The position numbers were made by a program, and so were the translations under genes. A stretch of 55,527 nt of DNA from a virus (lineage: Duplodnaviria; Caudoviricetes), in IMG/VR virus record IMGVR_UViG_3300032163_000018, positions 1 through 55,527 of that record. The stretch is one strand, 5' to 3'. Shown piece after piece: positions 1 to 10,358 of the stretch; position 1 is the first letter of the stretch; every line of letters begins with the position of its first letter. Below the pieces are notes generated by a model. The model did not search any database, was not told the DNA's origin, and saw only the letters and a program-made list of their open reading frames with translations.

Positions 1-1
1 G

Positions 2-1264
2 ACTATAAACGCTACTACCTTAACCACAACAGTAACTGGTGGATCTGGAGCTAACTTATCAATAACTCTAGCGGATCGTCGCACAATAAAAGATTTAGCT
101 GATTTTATAAATAGTCAAACAGGATACTCAGCTTCTGTTTCTACCGGATCTACTCAACTTCCTCCTTCAGCACTTGATCAAGTTTCTGCTTTAGGAATAT
201 GTTCTACCGGGTCTGATTTAGAACCAGGAAGAATTAAAAAATCATTATCAAATTTCGAGAACGCACTTAGTCAAAGCATTGCTGTAGATTTTACCGCAAC
301 AGCTACTAAAGGTCTTCCAGATGAGATGGCTTTTGTTGCTTATTTAAGCGGTGGAACATTAGGGGCTACTTTAGCTGCCGATGTTATCACTGCAATAGAT
401 AAAATGGAATCAATTAATACAAATTTCATAGTTCCTCTTTTTTCTAGAGATGCTTCTGAAGACATAACAGATGGATTAACAGATAGCTCATCTACTTATA
501 CTATTGCTGCTACTAATGCAGCAGTTAAGAGTCACGTTCTAAAAATGTCAACTTCTAAATTAAAAAAACATAGAAGCGCAATTTGTAGTATCTGGGGATC
601 ATATTCTGATGCGGCGGCTCAAGCTTCTAGCTTAGCAAACGCTAGAATTTCTCTTTGTATGCAGAAATCTTCTCAAGTTGATAGCTCTGGAACAATAGTT
701 AATCATTTTCCTTGGCACACATCGTGTATTGCTGCTGGTATGCAAGCTGCTGGATTCTACAAAGCAATTGTTAACAAACTTGCTAACGTAATAAGTTTTG
801 AAGATCCGTCAGGATTTGACTCTGGTAATCCAGGAGATGTTTCTGCCGCTATAGATGCAGGATTATTGTTCTTAGAACAAGCAATCGTAGGTAATAAATG
901 GATCTCAGATCAAACTACTTATGGAGTAGATACTAACTTTGTATATAACAGTATTCAAGCCATGTACGATGTAGATTTAGTTTCTTTAGATTTAAGTAAT
1001 AGTTTTCAGGTAGCTTTCGTTGGTAAATCACTTGCAGACGTAGATGCCAGTACTGCTCTTTCTTTCTTAGCTTCTAAGATGGAGAGTTATAAAAAACAAA
1101 AACTAATCGCAGCTTCTGACGATGCTCCATTAGGATTTAAAAATGCAAAAGTTAGTATAAATGGACCTATTTTAGAATTATCGCTAGAGATAAAACCAGC
1201 TTCTGCAATATATTTTATAGCTATCTCTATAGAGGTTTCTCAAGTACAGAGTAGTGCAGGTTAA
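2..1264 (+). CDS. Tail sheath protein (5' truncated by window edge)
   Basis: Frame is open from position 2, upstream of the track start at 326. The C-terminus has a sheath-like pattern (FVGK...YKKQKLI...LEIKPASAIYFIAISIEV). Directly precedes a tube-sized gene. Confidence 0.85.
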   Translation, partial: TINATTLTTTVTGGSGANLSITLADRRTIKDLADFINSQTGYSASVSTGSTQLPPSALDQVSALGICSTGSDLEPGRIKKSLSNFENALSQSIAVDFTATATKGLPDEMAFVAYLSGGTLGATLAADVITAIDKMESINTNFIVPLFSRDASEDITDGLTDSSSTYTIAATNAAVKSHVLKMSTSKLKKHRSAICSIWGSYSDAAAQASSLANARISLCMQKSSQVDSSGTIVNHFPWHTSCIAAGMQAAGFYKAIVNKLANVISFEDPSGFDSGNPGDVSAAIDAGLLFLEQAIVGNKWISDQTTYGVDTNFVYNSIQAMYDVDLVSLDLSNSFQVAFVGKSLADVDASTALSFLASKMESYKKQKLIAASDDAPLGFKNAKVSINGPILELSLEIKPASAIYFIAISIEVSQVQSSAG

Positions 1265-1305
1265 GAATAATGACAATTAATAAAATTATATTAAGGAGAT
1301 AATAT

Positions 1306-1764
1306 ATGGCTAAGGCAAAAGTATACACAGGTGCGAAAGCGAAAATTTTCGTAGACAACGTTTTAGTAGGAATATTTGATAGTTGCAGTTACTCTGTAAA
1401 CGTAGGAGCAGAACCTATTCATATTTTAGGTAGATTTGGTCCTGCTGAAATTACTCCAACTTCTGCTGAAGCAGTTACGGTATCTTGTACTGGTTTTAGA
1501 ATTATCGGAAATGGCGGACACGTTTTACCTAAATTCCCTAAACTTCAAGATCTTTTGCAATTAGAATCTGTTAGGTTAGATGTGATCACAAGAGATGGAT
1601 CTGCAACTCTACCTATTATGTCCGTATTCAATTGTATCCCTGTATCTTACAGTACGGGTGTTAATGCTAAATCAACTTCAAGAATTAATATTTCATACCT
1701 TGGAACGAATTCTAGCGATGAGAGTGGAGCATCGGATGAAGGGGATGCGGTTAATTTACCATAA
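1306..1764 (+). CDS. Tail tube protein
   Basis: 152 aa, AAGGAG RBS, follows the sheath. Tube-like motifs TGAKAKIFVD and EPIHILGRFGPAEI. Confidence 0.8.
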   Translation: MAKAKVYTGAKAKIFVDNVLVGIFDSCSYSVNVGAEPIHILGRFGPAEITPTSAEAVTVSCTGFRIIGNGGHVLPKFPKLQDLLQLESVRLDVITRDGSATLPIMSVFNCIPVSYSTGVNAKSTSRINISYLGTNSSDESGASDEGDAVNLP

Positions 1765-1790
1765 TCTAATTACTATAATAGAGTTGTGTC

Positions 1791-2129
1791 ATGGATAATC
1801 AAGAAATTATATACGATCTTCTTAAAGAAATTAGGGAAGATCAAAAAGATCTAGCTGAAAAAAGCAGTAGCCATAGAGAAGAAACTATAAGATGGCAGAC
1901 AGAAGCTGGCTTTAGATTAGGTAACATAGAAGTCGATTTAAGAGAACACAAGGAAGGTGTTATCCAAAATAGGGAAGCTCTTGAACTACTACATAAAAGA
2001 GTTGAAAAATTAGAAGAACCGACCAAAGTCAGCAAATACTTAAATAAAAAAATAATGAAAATAGGTGCGGTTTTAATACTTATAATAGGCGTTATAGCTA
2101 AAGCTATAAAATTAATAAAAGGTCTGTAA
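1791..2129 (+). CDS. Coiled-coil protein with C-terminal transmembrane helix (XhlA/holin-like)
   Basis: Heptad-like N-terminal region, then IGAVLILIIGVIA and a basic tail. Confidence 0.45.
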   Translation: MDNQEIIYDLLKEIREDQKDLAEKSSSHREETIRWQTEAGFRLGNIEVDLREHKEGVIQNREALELLHKRVEKLEEPTKVSKYLNKKIMKIGAVLILIIGVIAKAIKLIKGL

Positions 2130-2156
2130 AGACCATTACCTGAAGGGTCAGGTAAT
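2121..2156 (+). promoter_or_regulatory. Tandem RNA hairpins upstream of the 2179 gene
   Basis: GGTCT-GTAA-AGACC immediately followed by ATTACCTGA-AGGG-TCAGGTAAT. No U-tract follows. Confidence 0.5.
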
Positions 2157-2178
2157 TAGGTAAAGGTAAGGGAATAGT

Positions 2179-2763
2179 ATGGCTCTAGAGCGTAACTGGT
2201 CAGCCATTTCTGCACGTCCTTTAACCTCAGACGGAACCGATTCCGGTAAAGTCACAATCTCTTCCACTAAAAATTTCAAAGTAAAACAACAAGTTTTAAT
2301 CAAAGCCACTACTCAACCAGATTTATTGGTTGAAGTAAAAAGAGTTATTTCCTCTACAGAATTGCTTGTAGGACCCAAAGGGAGTATCAAGCTAAGAACA
2401 AACATATCCTCTTACACTACAGCCTTATCTGCCTCTATATCAGCTCCAGAACAAGAAAGACCGAGTATCTCGCCTGCTGATTATGAAAGATTCGTAATAG
2501 AAGAAGAACCAACTTTAGCTAAAAGAGTAATATTAGTTGATTCTTTAGGTAATAAAATTGATGATGATGACGGTGCAATAGATGTAAACATTGTTAATAA
2601 ATTATTTAAGAAAAAGAAAAATAAAATAACAATGACTTATGATCCAATCACTCAAGACATGGCTACTATAACAACTTTATTAAATGGGATTCCTCAAGAA
2701 ATAGGGACCTTAACTTACGATTCTTTGTCTAATTTGATTGACATAGAAGTAGTGGACGCATAA
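2179..2763 (+). CDS. Hypothetical virion-associated protein
   Basis: 194 aa, beta-rich, in the structural operon. Confidence 0.5.
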   Translation: MALERNWSAISARPLTSDGTDSGKVTISSTKNFKVKQQVLIKATTQPDLLVEVKRVISSTELLVGPKGSIKLRTNISSYTTALSASISAPEQERPSISPADYERFVIEEEPTLAKRVILVDSLGNKIDDDDGAIDVNIVNKLFKKKKNKITMTYDPITQDMATITTLLNGIPQEIGTLTYDSLSNLIDIEVVDA

Positions 2764-2764
2764 T

Positions 2765-2971
2765 ATGGCACAAAATAGAATAAAACCAATGTACAATCCT
2801 ATCGAAGATGAGATTCAATTCATAAATGATTTGGAAATGGGTTGGACTGTAAAAAATATACCAAAAGCATCATTTAAAGTATTAAATGGTTATACAAGAG
2901 TTTATCCAAATTTAACTATTCCAGACGGAATGATTATTGAAGTTGAAGATGGTGGGGAGTTGATCGTCTAG
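2765..2971 (+). CDS. Small hypothetical virion-associated protein
   Basis: 68 aa, tightly packed. C-terminal LTIPDGMIIEVEDGGELIV beta motif. Confidence 0.5.
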   Translation: MAQNRIKPMYNPIEDEIQFINDLEMGWTVKNIPKASFKVLNGYTRVYPNLTIPDGMIIEVEDGGELIV

Positions 2972-5900
2972 TGAGTATTTTAAGAACTAATGAAATAAAG
3001 CCAGTATCTGCACCAGGAATTGGAATAGGTGCGCCTAATATTCAACCCAGTGCTTTAATAAATATACAAAGTACTGAACAAGGTGTTGCATTACCTAGAA
3101 TGACTACAGCACAACGAAATGCTATAGTTTCTCCTATTGAAGGTTTATTGGTTTATAATCTAGACGATGGTAGATTAGAACAATATACTAGCGGTCAATG
3201 GACCGTTGCTGGTAACGGATTATCTCCAGTAAAAAATGTATTAAGGGTAATAAAAAATACAGTTTTAAACGAAAATGATTTTTCTTCCATAAATGATGCA
3301 TTAGCTTCTATTTCTGATAACTCTCCAACAAATCAATATTCTATTGAGATTGGTCCTGGAGTCTTCGTAGAAAATCCTATTCACATGAAGCCTTATGTAT
3401 ATGTTAAAGGTCAAGATTTTGATTCAACTGTTATTGAGGCAAATGATCCTACTGAACATCTAATATTCGCATGTGAATTCTCTTCTATTAGCGATTGTTT
3501 ACTAACAGGATCTACTTTATCAGGCAAAGCATTAATCTATTATGCAAGCACCACTGGTACATTACAAACTGCATTTTGGGCTGAAGATGTAAGATTCGGA
3601 CACGCAGATACATTAGCTATTGCCAATGGAACCTTAGCTCATTCTAATCTTTTTGTAAATAGTTGTAGATGGGGTGGAATATATCAATTCAATACTGGTT
3701 TTATAGCAAAATCATCTGGTATTCCTTTAGGAAGAATTATATTAAGAAATTCTACTAGTTCTAAATTATCTACACCTTTTCCTACTGATATGTTTGTTGT
3801 AGATGGAGTTGGATGCGAATTACATCTTAATTCTATAATATCTAGAACTGGAGAAGTTGGTTTAGGTGGAACAGGAATAAGAGTTAGGAATGGCGGTTTT
3901 CTTAGAATTCTCTCAGCCGATATGGATGGATGGACTAAAGGTCTTTGGGTTGAAGATATAGGAGCAGCGTGTACTGTTATTGGCGGTGTTTTAACTCTTG
4001 TAAATAATACAATTGATGTACAAGTAGATCCTTCTACTTTAACAGGTGGATTAATAGTTGCAGACGGTGATGATACAAAAATCATTCTTAATAGTGCCTT
4101 AACAAATTTTGGATTTATTAGTTTAAGCTTAGAAAATGGAAATATAGTTGTTAGTGGTAAATTAGAACAAATACAACCAGACGGAACGTTTACCGATATT
4201 AGTACATTGGCATCCAATTCTTCTCCTATGGGAATTTTAAGTGATGGAGATATAACTATTCCTATCAGCGGAACTACTGTAACTGTAACTTCTGGAAGTG
4301 GATATTTACAAAAATCAGACGGTAGTTTAAGAAAAATAATCTGGGTAGATACTCCAATAACTCTTCCTAATCATAGTACAAATTATTTATACTTTGATGA
4401 AAATGGTGTATTACAACACAATCCTGTCGTTCCTAATTTTATACAAAATATAATAGTAGGTCGAGTCGTAACTAACAATGGAGATATTCTTATAACGGAA
4501 GAATCTGGGTTATTAGCTACTCATAATTCCAATAATATTGGTGAAGCTTTAAGAAAAGGATTAGGACCTATATATGCTAGTGGGTCTACAATATCAGAAA
4601 CTGGTACAAGAAATTTAACGGCTACTACTGGATCTTATTTTTATGGAGAAAGAAATTTTTTATTGAATGGTGGAAGTCCAATTTCTTTTGATACTTTTTA
4701 TCAAGATGGAAGTGGTGATTATGTAGTAACTGAGAATGATACTCAAATAGATAATACCAAATGGGATGATGGTACTGGTACTTTAGCTTCCTTAACTGCT
4801 AGTTATTATGCTAAACATTCATTATATGCTTTAGGAGATTCTACTGGAGATTATGATAACGAAGTATATTTTACTGTTTATTCACAAGCAGAATATTCCG
4901 TATTAACACTAGCACAACAAGGAGATCTTCCAACTCCTCCGCCTTATTTATCAGAAGCTGTAGTTTTAATTGCTTCAATAATTGTTCGGCAAGGAACTGC
5001 AAATATAATAGAGATTAGAGATGAAAGACCAAGGGTTGGTTTTAAGTCTAGTGGTGTTTCTGCTGCTACTTTTCATAGCGGTCTTCTAGGATTAATAGCA
5101 CCTACTGATGATCATACTCAATATATACACATTGATGGTCGCAGAGCTATGACTGGAGATTTAAGTTTAGGTACACATAACTTAACTAATATTGGTACGG
5201 CTAATGGCGTTACTATAGAGAATCATCATGCGAGGCATCAAACTGGTGGAGCAGACGCTATTCCAACAGTAACCACCTCTATTGATGGGTTAATGTCTGC
5301 TTCTGATAAAACAAAATTAGATGGAATTCCAGCATCAGCAGTTCCTACTTCTCGCACTATAATAGCTGGAGCTGGACTAACTGGTGGAGGAGATTTAAGT
5401 ACAGATAGAACGCTGGATGTGGTAGCTAATGCAGATGGATCAATAATTGTTAATGCAAATGATATTCAAGTAGGAATTCTAGCTACAGATGTTCAACACG
5501 GCAATAGAGGTGGGGGTGGACTACATTCAGTAGCTACAACTTCAGTTGCCGGATTTATAAGTGCTTCTGATAAAACAAAATTAGATACCTTATTAAATGA
5601 AATATTAGTGACTCAAGGAGCAGGATTAACAGCAAATTATTCTGCCGGATCAGTCAGAATAAACGGAACTACCTATACACTTACCGCAAGCTCTATAACA
5701 GTTGCTACAGGAGCAACCAATGGTAGAATTTATGTTGACGTAGATGGAGTAGTAAAATCTACAACTTCCACATCAACTCCAGCAAATGCAGTACCACTAG
5801 CAATCTTTTCAAGTAGCGGTGCAGCTATTACTGCTCTTTCCGATAATAGAACTTTTATTAACAATAATATAACATTTGGTGCGTCAGGAGATATGACTAC

Positions 5901-6807
5901 GATTACTCCAAGTCAAAGTGCAGCCGCAGGTTCTACTAATAAATATGCAGATGCAGGACATACACATTCTTCCGCAACAGGGACTCCTTCTACTATTAGT
6001 GGTAATGCTAATGCTCAAGGAGCATCTTCTAGTATTCCAAGATTAGATCATACTCATCAACTTACTGCTACAACAGCTTTAAACGATCACGTTCCACAAT
6101 TTGATGGATCAAACTGGCAAAACATTTATCCAGAAGCTCTTAGAAATTCTTCACATGCTTGGATGAAGTTTGATGATTTTTTTACTGGTAATGATAATAG
6201 CACGGATAAAAATATTTCTGGTGATTTAAACTGGTTTTTTGATAAAAATGGTGCAGGCGGTACGGGAGATGTGAGTTCTACATTAGTAGATGGTAATCAC
6301 CCTGGTATTATTAGATTACAAAGTGCAGCCGGAGGCGGTAACTATGTATCAATGGTATTAGGATTTCTTGCATTAGGCGGTGGAAATTTAGAAATAGAAT
6401 ATTTAATTCAATTAGAAACGCTTGCTACGGTGACTAATGATTATGTTATAAGATTAGGGTTAGGAGATACAGTAGGTGCGGATCAAGTAAACGGAGTATA
6501 TTTTGAATATAATAGGGCTACAAGTGCGAATTGGTTAATAAGAACTGCTAATGCAAGTACAAGAACTACCACAACTACAAGTACTGCGGTCGCTACCGGA
6601 TCATGGATAAAATTGCATATATCTATAAATGCAGCAGCAAGTAGCATTACATATTCTATTAACGGATCAAGCGTAGGAACTATTGCGACAAATATTCCAA
6701 CAGCAGTTGTTCAATTTTTTATGCATCAAACAAGAGCGGTTGGAACTCCTGTTGGATTTAATGTTGACTATTTCAGTGCTTATCAAAGATTTACTAGTGC
6801 GAGATAG
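2971..6807 (+). CDS. Large tail fibre/appendage-like protein
   Basis: 1278 aa. PRMTTAQRNAI shoulder-type motif, pectin-lyase-like start (SINDAL..IEIGPGVF.E), two SASDKTKLD repeats, HTH-type fibre motifs, beta-sandwich C-terminus. Confidence 0.7.
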   Translation: MSILRTNEIKPVSAPGIGIGAPNIQPSALINIQSTEQGVALPRMTTAQRNAIVSPIEGLLVYNLDDGRLEQYTSGQWTVAGNGLSPVKNVLRVIKNTVLNENDFSSINDALASISDNSPTNQYSIEIGPGVFVENPIHMKPYVYVKGQDFDSTVIEANDPTEHLIFACEFSSISDCLLTGSTLSGKALIYYASTTGTLQTAFWAEDVRFGHADTLAIANGTLAHSNLFVNSCRWGGIYQFNTGFIAKSSGIPLGRIILRNSTSSKLSTPFPTDMFVVDGVGCELHLNSIISRTGEVGLGGTGIRVRNGGFLRILSADMDGWTKGLWVEDIGAACTVIGGVLTLVNNTIDVQVDPSTLTGGLIVADGDDTKIILNSALTNFGFISLSLENGNIVVSGKLEQIQPDGTFTDISTLASNSSPMGILSDGDITIPISGTTVTVTSGSGYLQKSDGSLRKIIWVDTPITLPNHSTNYLYFDENGVLQHNPVVPNFIQNIIVGRVVTNNGDILITEESGLLATHNSNNIGEALRKGLGPIYASGSTISETGTRNLTATTGSYFYGERNFLLNGGSPISFDTFYQDGSGDYVVTENDTQIDNTKWDDGTGTLASLTASYYAKHSLYALGDSTGDYDNEVYFTVYSQAEYSVLTLAQQGDLPTPPPYLSEAVVLIASIIVRQGTANIIEIRDERPRVGFKSSGVSAATFHSGLLGLIAPTDDHTQYIHIDGRRAMTGDLSLGTHNLTNIGTANGVTIENHHARHQTGGADAIPTVTTSIDGLMSASDKTKLDGIPASAVPTSRTIIAGAGLTGGGDLSTDRTLDVVANADGSIIVNANDIQVGILATDVQHGNRGGGGLHSVATTSVAGFISASDKTKLDTLLNEILVTQGAGLTANYSAGSVRINGTTYTLTASSITVATGATNGRIYVDVDGVVKSTTSTSTPANAVPLAIFSSSGAAITALSDNRTFINNNITFGASGDMTTITPSQSAAAGSTNKYADAGHTHSSATGTPSTISGNANAQGASSSIPRLDHTHQLTATTALNDHVPQFDGSNWQNIYPEALRNSSHAWMKFDDFFTGNDNSTDKNISGDLNWFFDKNGAGGTGDVSSTLVDGNHPGIIRLQSAAGGGNYVSMVLGFLALGGGNLEIEYLIQLETLATVTNDYVIRLGLGDTVGADQVNGVYFEYNRATSANWLIRTANASTRTTTTTSTAVATGSWIKLHISINAAASSITYSINGSSVGTIATNIPTAVVQFFMHQTRAVGTPVGFNVDYFSAYQRFTSAR

Positions 6808-6809
6808 AT

Positions 6810-7328
6810 ATGAATTTAGCAGTAAGATTATACTCCAGCATAGATTCCAATAGTAAGCCCTCTGGAATTCCCGACAATTGGGTATCAGACGTAATAGAAT
6901 TATCCATAGACGATATAAGATTACCGGATAATTTATCTGCAAATGACGGTTGGATGTTTATGACAGATTCTCAATTATCAGACTATAAAATTCAATACAA
7001 ATCTGAATACGATATTTGGTATTCTGCAATGAAAGCTCCTTCACTACAAAATAAAATTACTAATAGAATTCTTCAAGCAATGGAATTTGGGAAACAGATA
7101 ATGGCAGAATACGCAGCAGAGAACGTATTAGCTGGACTCACTATACCTCAAATACAAGATATTCTATTAAGAACAGCAAAAATACAATCTGATCTCATGA
7201 CTGGATCTTTATATACAGCACTAGTTGAAATAGATTTGGTTCAAACAGATGACACGGTAATTACGCCAACTAAAGTTAAAGAATTTAGAAATAAAATACA
7301 AACCTATTTAGGGTTACCATTAAGTTAG
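6810..7328 (+). CDS. Hypothetical protein, possible fibre assembly chaperone
   Basis: 172 aa, directly after the fibre-like gene. Confidence 0.4.
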   Translation: MNLAVRLYSSIDSNSKPSGIPDNWVSDVIELSIDDIRLPDNLSANDGWMFMTDSQLSDYKIQYKSEYDIWYSAMKAPSLQNKITNRILQAMEFGKQIMAEYAAENVLAGLTIPQIQDILLRTAKIQSDLMTGSLYTALVEIDLVQTDDTVITPTKVKEFRNKIQTYLGLPLS

Positions 7329-7334
7329 GAATAT

Positions 7335-7835
7335 ATGAACAACATAATAATAGGTTTTTCTAAACCAAAAAAATGGAAATTATTTGCTTGGTTAATAATG
7401 AAGGGTTATAATATACCTTATGACCATGTATATGTGAAATTTCATTCAAGTAGATATGATCGAGATTTAATATATCAAGCAAGCGGAACTATGGTTAATT
7501 TTATGAGTTCCTCTGTATTTTATAATAATAACGATGTTATAAAAGAATTTTCTATAGAAACTAACGATGAAGGTAAAATAAAAGTCATGCAGTTTGCAAT
7601 AGACAATGCAGGAAAACCTTACGGTATAAAAGAAGCTTTTGGTTTAGCATTAGTTAGAATATTAGATATGATCAGCATTACTATAAAAAATCCATTCGCT
7701 GATGGCGGATTTACTTATGTTTGTTCAGAGATGGGTTGGTATATACTAGAAAAAATAAGAAATAATATTAAGATAGACAAAGATCCAGATGACATAACTC
7801 CATTAGATCTATATAATATATTATCTAATTTATAG
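7335..7835 (+). CDS. Permuted papain-like NlpC/P60 (YiiX/YaeF-like) amidase
   Basis: His before Cys order: YDHVYV...GKPYG...YVCSE...DITPLDL. Confidence 0.75.
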   Translation: MNNIIIGFSKPKKWKLFAWLIMKGYNIPYDHVYVKFHSSRYDRDLIYQASGTMVNFMSSSVFYNNNDVIKEFSIETNDEGKIKVMQFAIDNAGKPYGIKEAFGLALVRILDMISITIKNPFADGGFTYVCSEMGWYILEKIRNNIKIDKDPDDITPLDLYNILSNL

Positions 7836-7916
7836 CCCTATATCTATCTTTTTGATATTTTTTAATTCTCTCTGAATTTTTTCTGTAATATCCTTTTTAA
7901 ATATCTTTATTTTGAA

Positions 7917-8351
7917 TTAACGCCTAATAGAACCAGCGGCAAAAACAGCTAAAACCGTCACCGCTATTCCCGAGGCAAAAAAAAAGTAATTTTCATATCT
8001 CGATAATCTTTGTTCTTTATTTAAAGAACTATTTTGACTATAAGATTCTTCTCGCCATTTTGAAGTTCTCTCGTCCGCTTTATCTAAAGCTAAATCTTTG
8101 AGAGTTATGGTTTTTCTTAAATGAGTGGATTCATCATTTTTAGCAGCAACAGCCTTATTTAAATCATCAATCTGCTGTTTTTGTTGTTTATTTTCTTTTA
8201 CTAAACGACCAACCTCAATATGACAGTCTTTATTATAAATATAATTATCGCCCTGTTGCTGTATAGTTGATACGTCACAATTACCGACATATTCAGCAAG
8301 AACGCTATTGCTAAATGTAAGTAAGATTATTAAAGCTATTATTTTTTTCAT
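7917..8351 (-). CDS. Exported coiled-coil protein with C-terminal membrane anchor
   Basis: SPI-type signal peptide (MKKIIALIILLTFSNSVLA), coiled coil, C-terminal hydrophobic helix. Confidence 0.55.
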   Translation of the reverse strand: MKKIIALIILLTFSNSVLAEYVGNCDVSTIQQQGDNYIYNKDCHIEVGRLVKENKQQKQQIDDLNKAVAAKNDESTHLRKTITLKDLALDKADERTSKWREESYSQNSSLNKEQRLSRYENYFFFASGIAVTVLAVFAAGSIRR

Positions 8352-8680
8352 TTTTTATTCCAATCTGTATTAACATCATCTTTTTGTTCTGATGTGTTTT
8401 TAGCATCTTCTATGTGTTTATCTGCTTCATTTTTGGCTTCGTTTGCTTTAGCAAGTTCATCATTAGCTTGTTTATTTAGTTTATCTTGATCTTCCTGTAG
8501 TTTATTATCGTCTATCTGAGTTTTCTTTAAGTCATCATTAGCTTTAGAAACATTTGAATTCATTAAGAATTTTAAAACAATAAAGATTAAGGCTAACGGA
8601 GCTAAAATATAGAATAATATTTTACGCAGTAAACTAGGATTGTTTTTTAAAGCATTAATTTTGTCTAAAATATAGTTCAT
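8348..8680 (-). CDS. Membrane-anchored coiled-coil protein (spanin-like topology)
   Basis: N-terminal TM (ILFYILAPLALIFIVL), then a charged coiled coil. ATGA overlap with the next gene. Confidence 0.5.
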   Translation of the reverse strand: MNYILDKINALKNNPSLLRKILFYILAPLALIFIVLKFLMNSNVSKANDDLKKTQIDDNKLQEDQDKLNKQANDELAKANEAKNEADKHIEDAKNTSEQKDDVNTDWNKK

Positions 8681-8736
8681 ATTCCCTAACTAATGTTTTT
8701 ATAGATATTAACGAAATTGTTAACATGACTAAAAAC

Positions 8737-8937
8737 TTAAGCAGCTTTTTTCATAGAAACGGTGTCATTTTCTGACACTTTTTTACTCAACTCAGATTTG
8801 AGTTGAGTAACCTTGGACATTTGAAGTAACCTATCTGCTTCAAAAATATAGGTCTTCCAAGAGCTTATGTTATTTTCCTTAAGAACCTGAGCCAACATAA
8901 GATATGTTCTAAATTGATCTAAACATATATTTTTCAC
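8737..8937 (-). CDS. Hypothetical protein ending in KKAA
   Basis: GTG start after an AGGAGA RBS and a TGTGGTATAAT extended -10. Confidence 0.55.
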   Translation of the reverse strand: MKNICLDQFRTYLMLAQVLKENNISSWKTYIFEADRLLQMSKVTQLKSELSKKVSENDTVSMKKAA

Positions 8938-8964
8938 ACATTCTCCTATATTATACCACAACTT

Positions 8965-9060
8965 TTATTTTTTAGAATAATAAGCTATGATACAAAGCTG
9001 ATAAACAATAGTTAAAGCAAACAATCCTTCTAAAATCAAGTTCTGTGTAGTCATTAACAT
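8965..9060 (-). CDS. 31-aa hydrophobic peptide (not in ORF track)
   Basis: MLMTTQNLILEGLFALTIVYQLCIIAYYSKK, with an AGGAGA RBS and a consensus promoter upstream. Confidence 0.55.
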   Translation of the reverse strand: MLMTTQNLILEGLFALTIVYQLCIIAYYSKK

Positions 9061-9086
9061 AAAGTCTCCTTTGTTTTGTTACTTAT

Positions 9087-9115
9087 ATTATAACACATTT
9101 TGAGGATCATGTCAA
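9087..9115 (-). promoter_or_regulatory. Sigma70 promoter
   Basis: TTGACA-17 bp-TATAAT with TG extension; perfect consensus. Confidence 0.85.
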
Positions 9116-9119
9116 TAGT

Positions 9120-9695
9120 CTAAGTATATGAAATTAAAGAGATATATTCTTCAGACCTTAACTTATACATTCCCTTAAGTAGTTGATTTTTAAACTCAGT
9201 CTGTAACTGACTTTTAATTCTATGTGCTTCCAATGATAATGATTCTGTCCAATCATTCAAGAATTTTTGTTTAGTCCAAGCTACTAAGATATCGTTTTTA
9301 GGCATGTGTTCTCTATCGCCATAGGTCGGTTTTTTTACTACATTATAACTAAGTTTTTGATCTGGAATGTTAGGAATTACATGGTTTTCCCTGTTATTTT
9401 CTTGATTTAGAGGATAATATTCAAGCATAAGCATATCATAGTCACCACTTACGTTCTCTTTCCAACCTTTATGTTTACCCGTTCCCTTAGATCCCTCTAA
9501 AGTTACTAAAAATTTAATAACATTAGTCTTAAAATATCGAGCTTCTACTTTATCTATATTAGATTTCCTAAACAGATCAAAAAGTTCTCGTAAGATTTCC
9601 TTCCTGATCATTTTTTGGAATTTAGCTTTACCATATTCTTTTTGAATATTATTTTTCCAATAACTAAAAATTACATTTGATTCAGAATCAGTCAT
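9120..9695 (-). CDS. Hypothetical protein
   Basis: 191 aa ORF overlapping the end of the upstream gene. Confidence 0.65.
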   Translation of the reverse strand: MTDSESNVIFSYWKNNIQKEYGKAKFQKMIRKEILRELFDLFRKSNIDKVEARYFKTNVIKFLVTLEGSKGTGKHKGWKENVSGDYDMLMLEYYPLNQENNRENHVIPNIPDQKLSYNVVKKPTYGDREHMPKNDILVAWTKQKFLNDWTESLSLEAHRIKSQLQTEFKNQLLKGMYKLRSEEYISLISYT

Positions 9696-10263
9696 TTTTC
9701 ATTTCCCTGTATTTTTGTTTTTCTTCTGGCGATAACTTATCGAATTTATTAGATATCCATCCTCTTTCATATTTTATATCTTCTCCTATTCCATATTCAT
9801 CATAAGCTCTAATTACAGCTTCTTCTTGTAAAGAAAAGAAATCAGCACCATGTAAGGTATATAGTATTTGAGTTATAATGGGTTTTATCACTTTATAAAC
9901 ACCCGATTTTGTTTTAGGTAAATCTTTAGTCGGTTCTCTAAGTTTGATAAAATCACCACATTTTAACATAGTATGAACTAAAAGTTTATATTCTGCTTCG
10001 TTTATAGATTTATATTCAGTATTTATATCTGAAGCAAATAATTTAACCAAACCTCCTCTGCTAAACATAAATGTTTGATGCCTGTGTGTTAAAATAGAGT
10101 TAACTATAGTTCCCATTCTTATAATGTTGGGATTATCATGGCTATATAAATAGTCTAATATTTCCCTACTTTCTCCTTTAAAAACATCTATTTTACTAGT
10201 ATTTTTAAGAATAAAATCATCTTTAAGGGTATTCCAAGCATCGAACATTTCTTTTTTATCCAT
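9688..10263 (-). CDS. Hypothetical protein
   Basis: Start moved to MDKKEMF at 10263, which has an AGGAGA RBS. Confidence 0.65.
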   Translation of the reverse strand: MDKKEMFDAWNTLKDDFILKNTSKIDVFKGESREILDYLYSHDNPNIIRMGTIVNSILTHRHQTFMFSRGGLVKLFASDINTEYKSINEAEYKLLVHTMLKCGDFIKLREPTKDLPKTKSGVYKVIKPIITQILYTLHGADFFSLQEEAVIRAYDEYGIGEDIKYERGWISNKFDKLSPEEKQKYREMKND

Positions 10264-10358
10264 AAATTCTCCTTGAAATAATATACCATAATATTTGATA
10301 AAAATGCAATAATTTAAAAAATACATAAAAAAATCCCGTCAAAATTTAAAAAAAGCCT

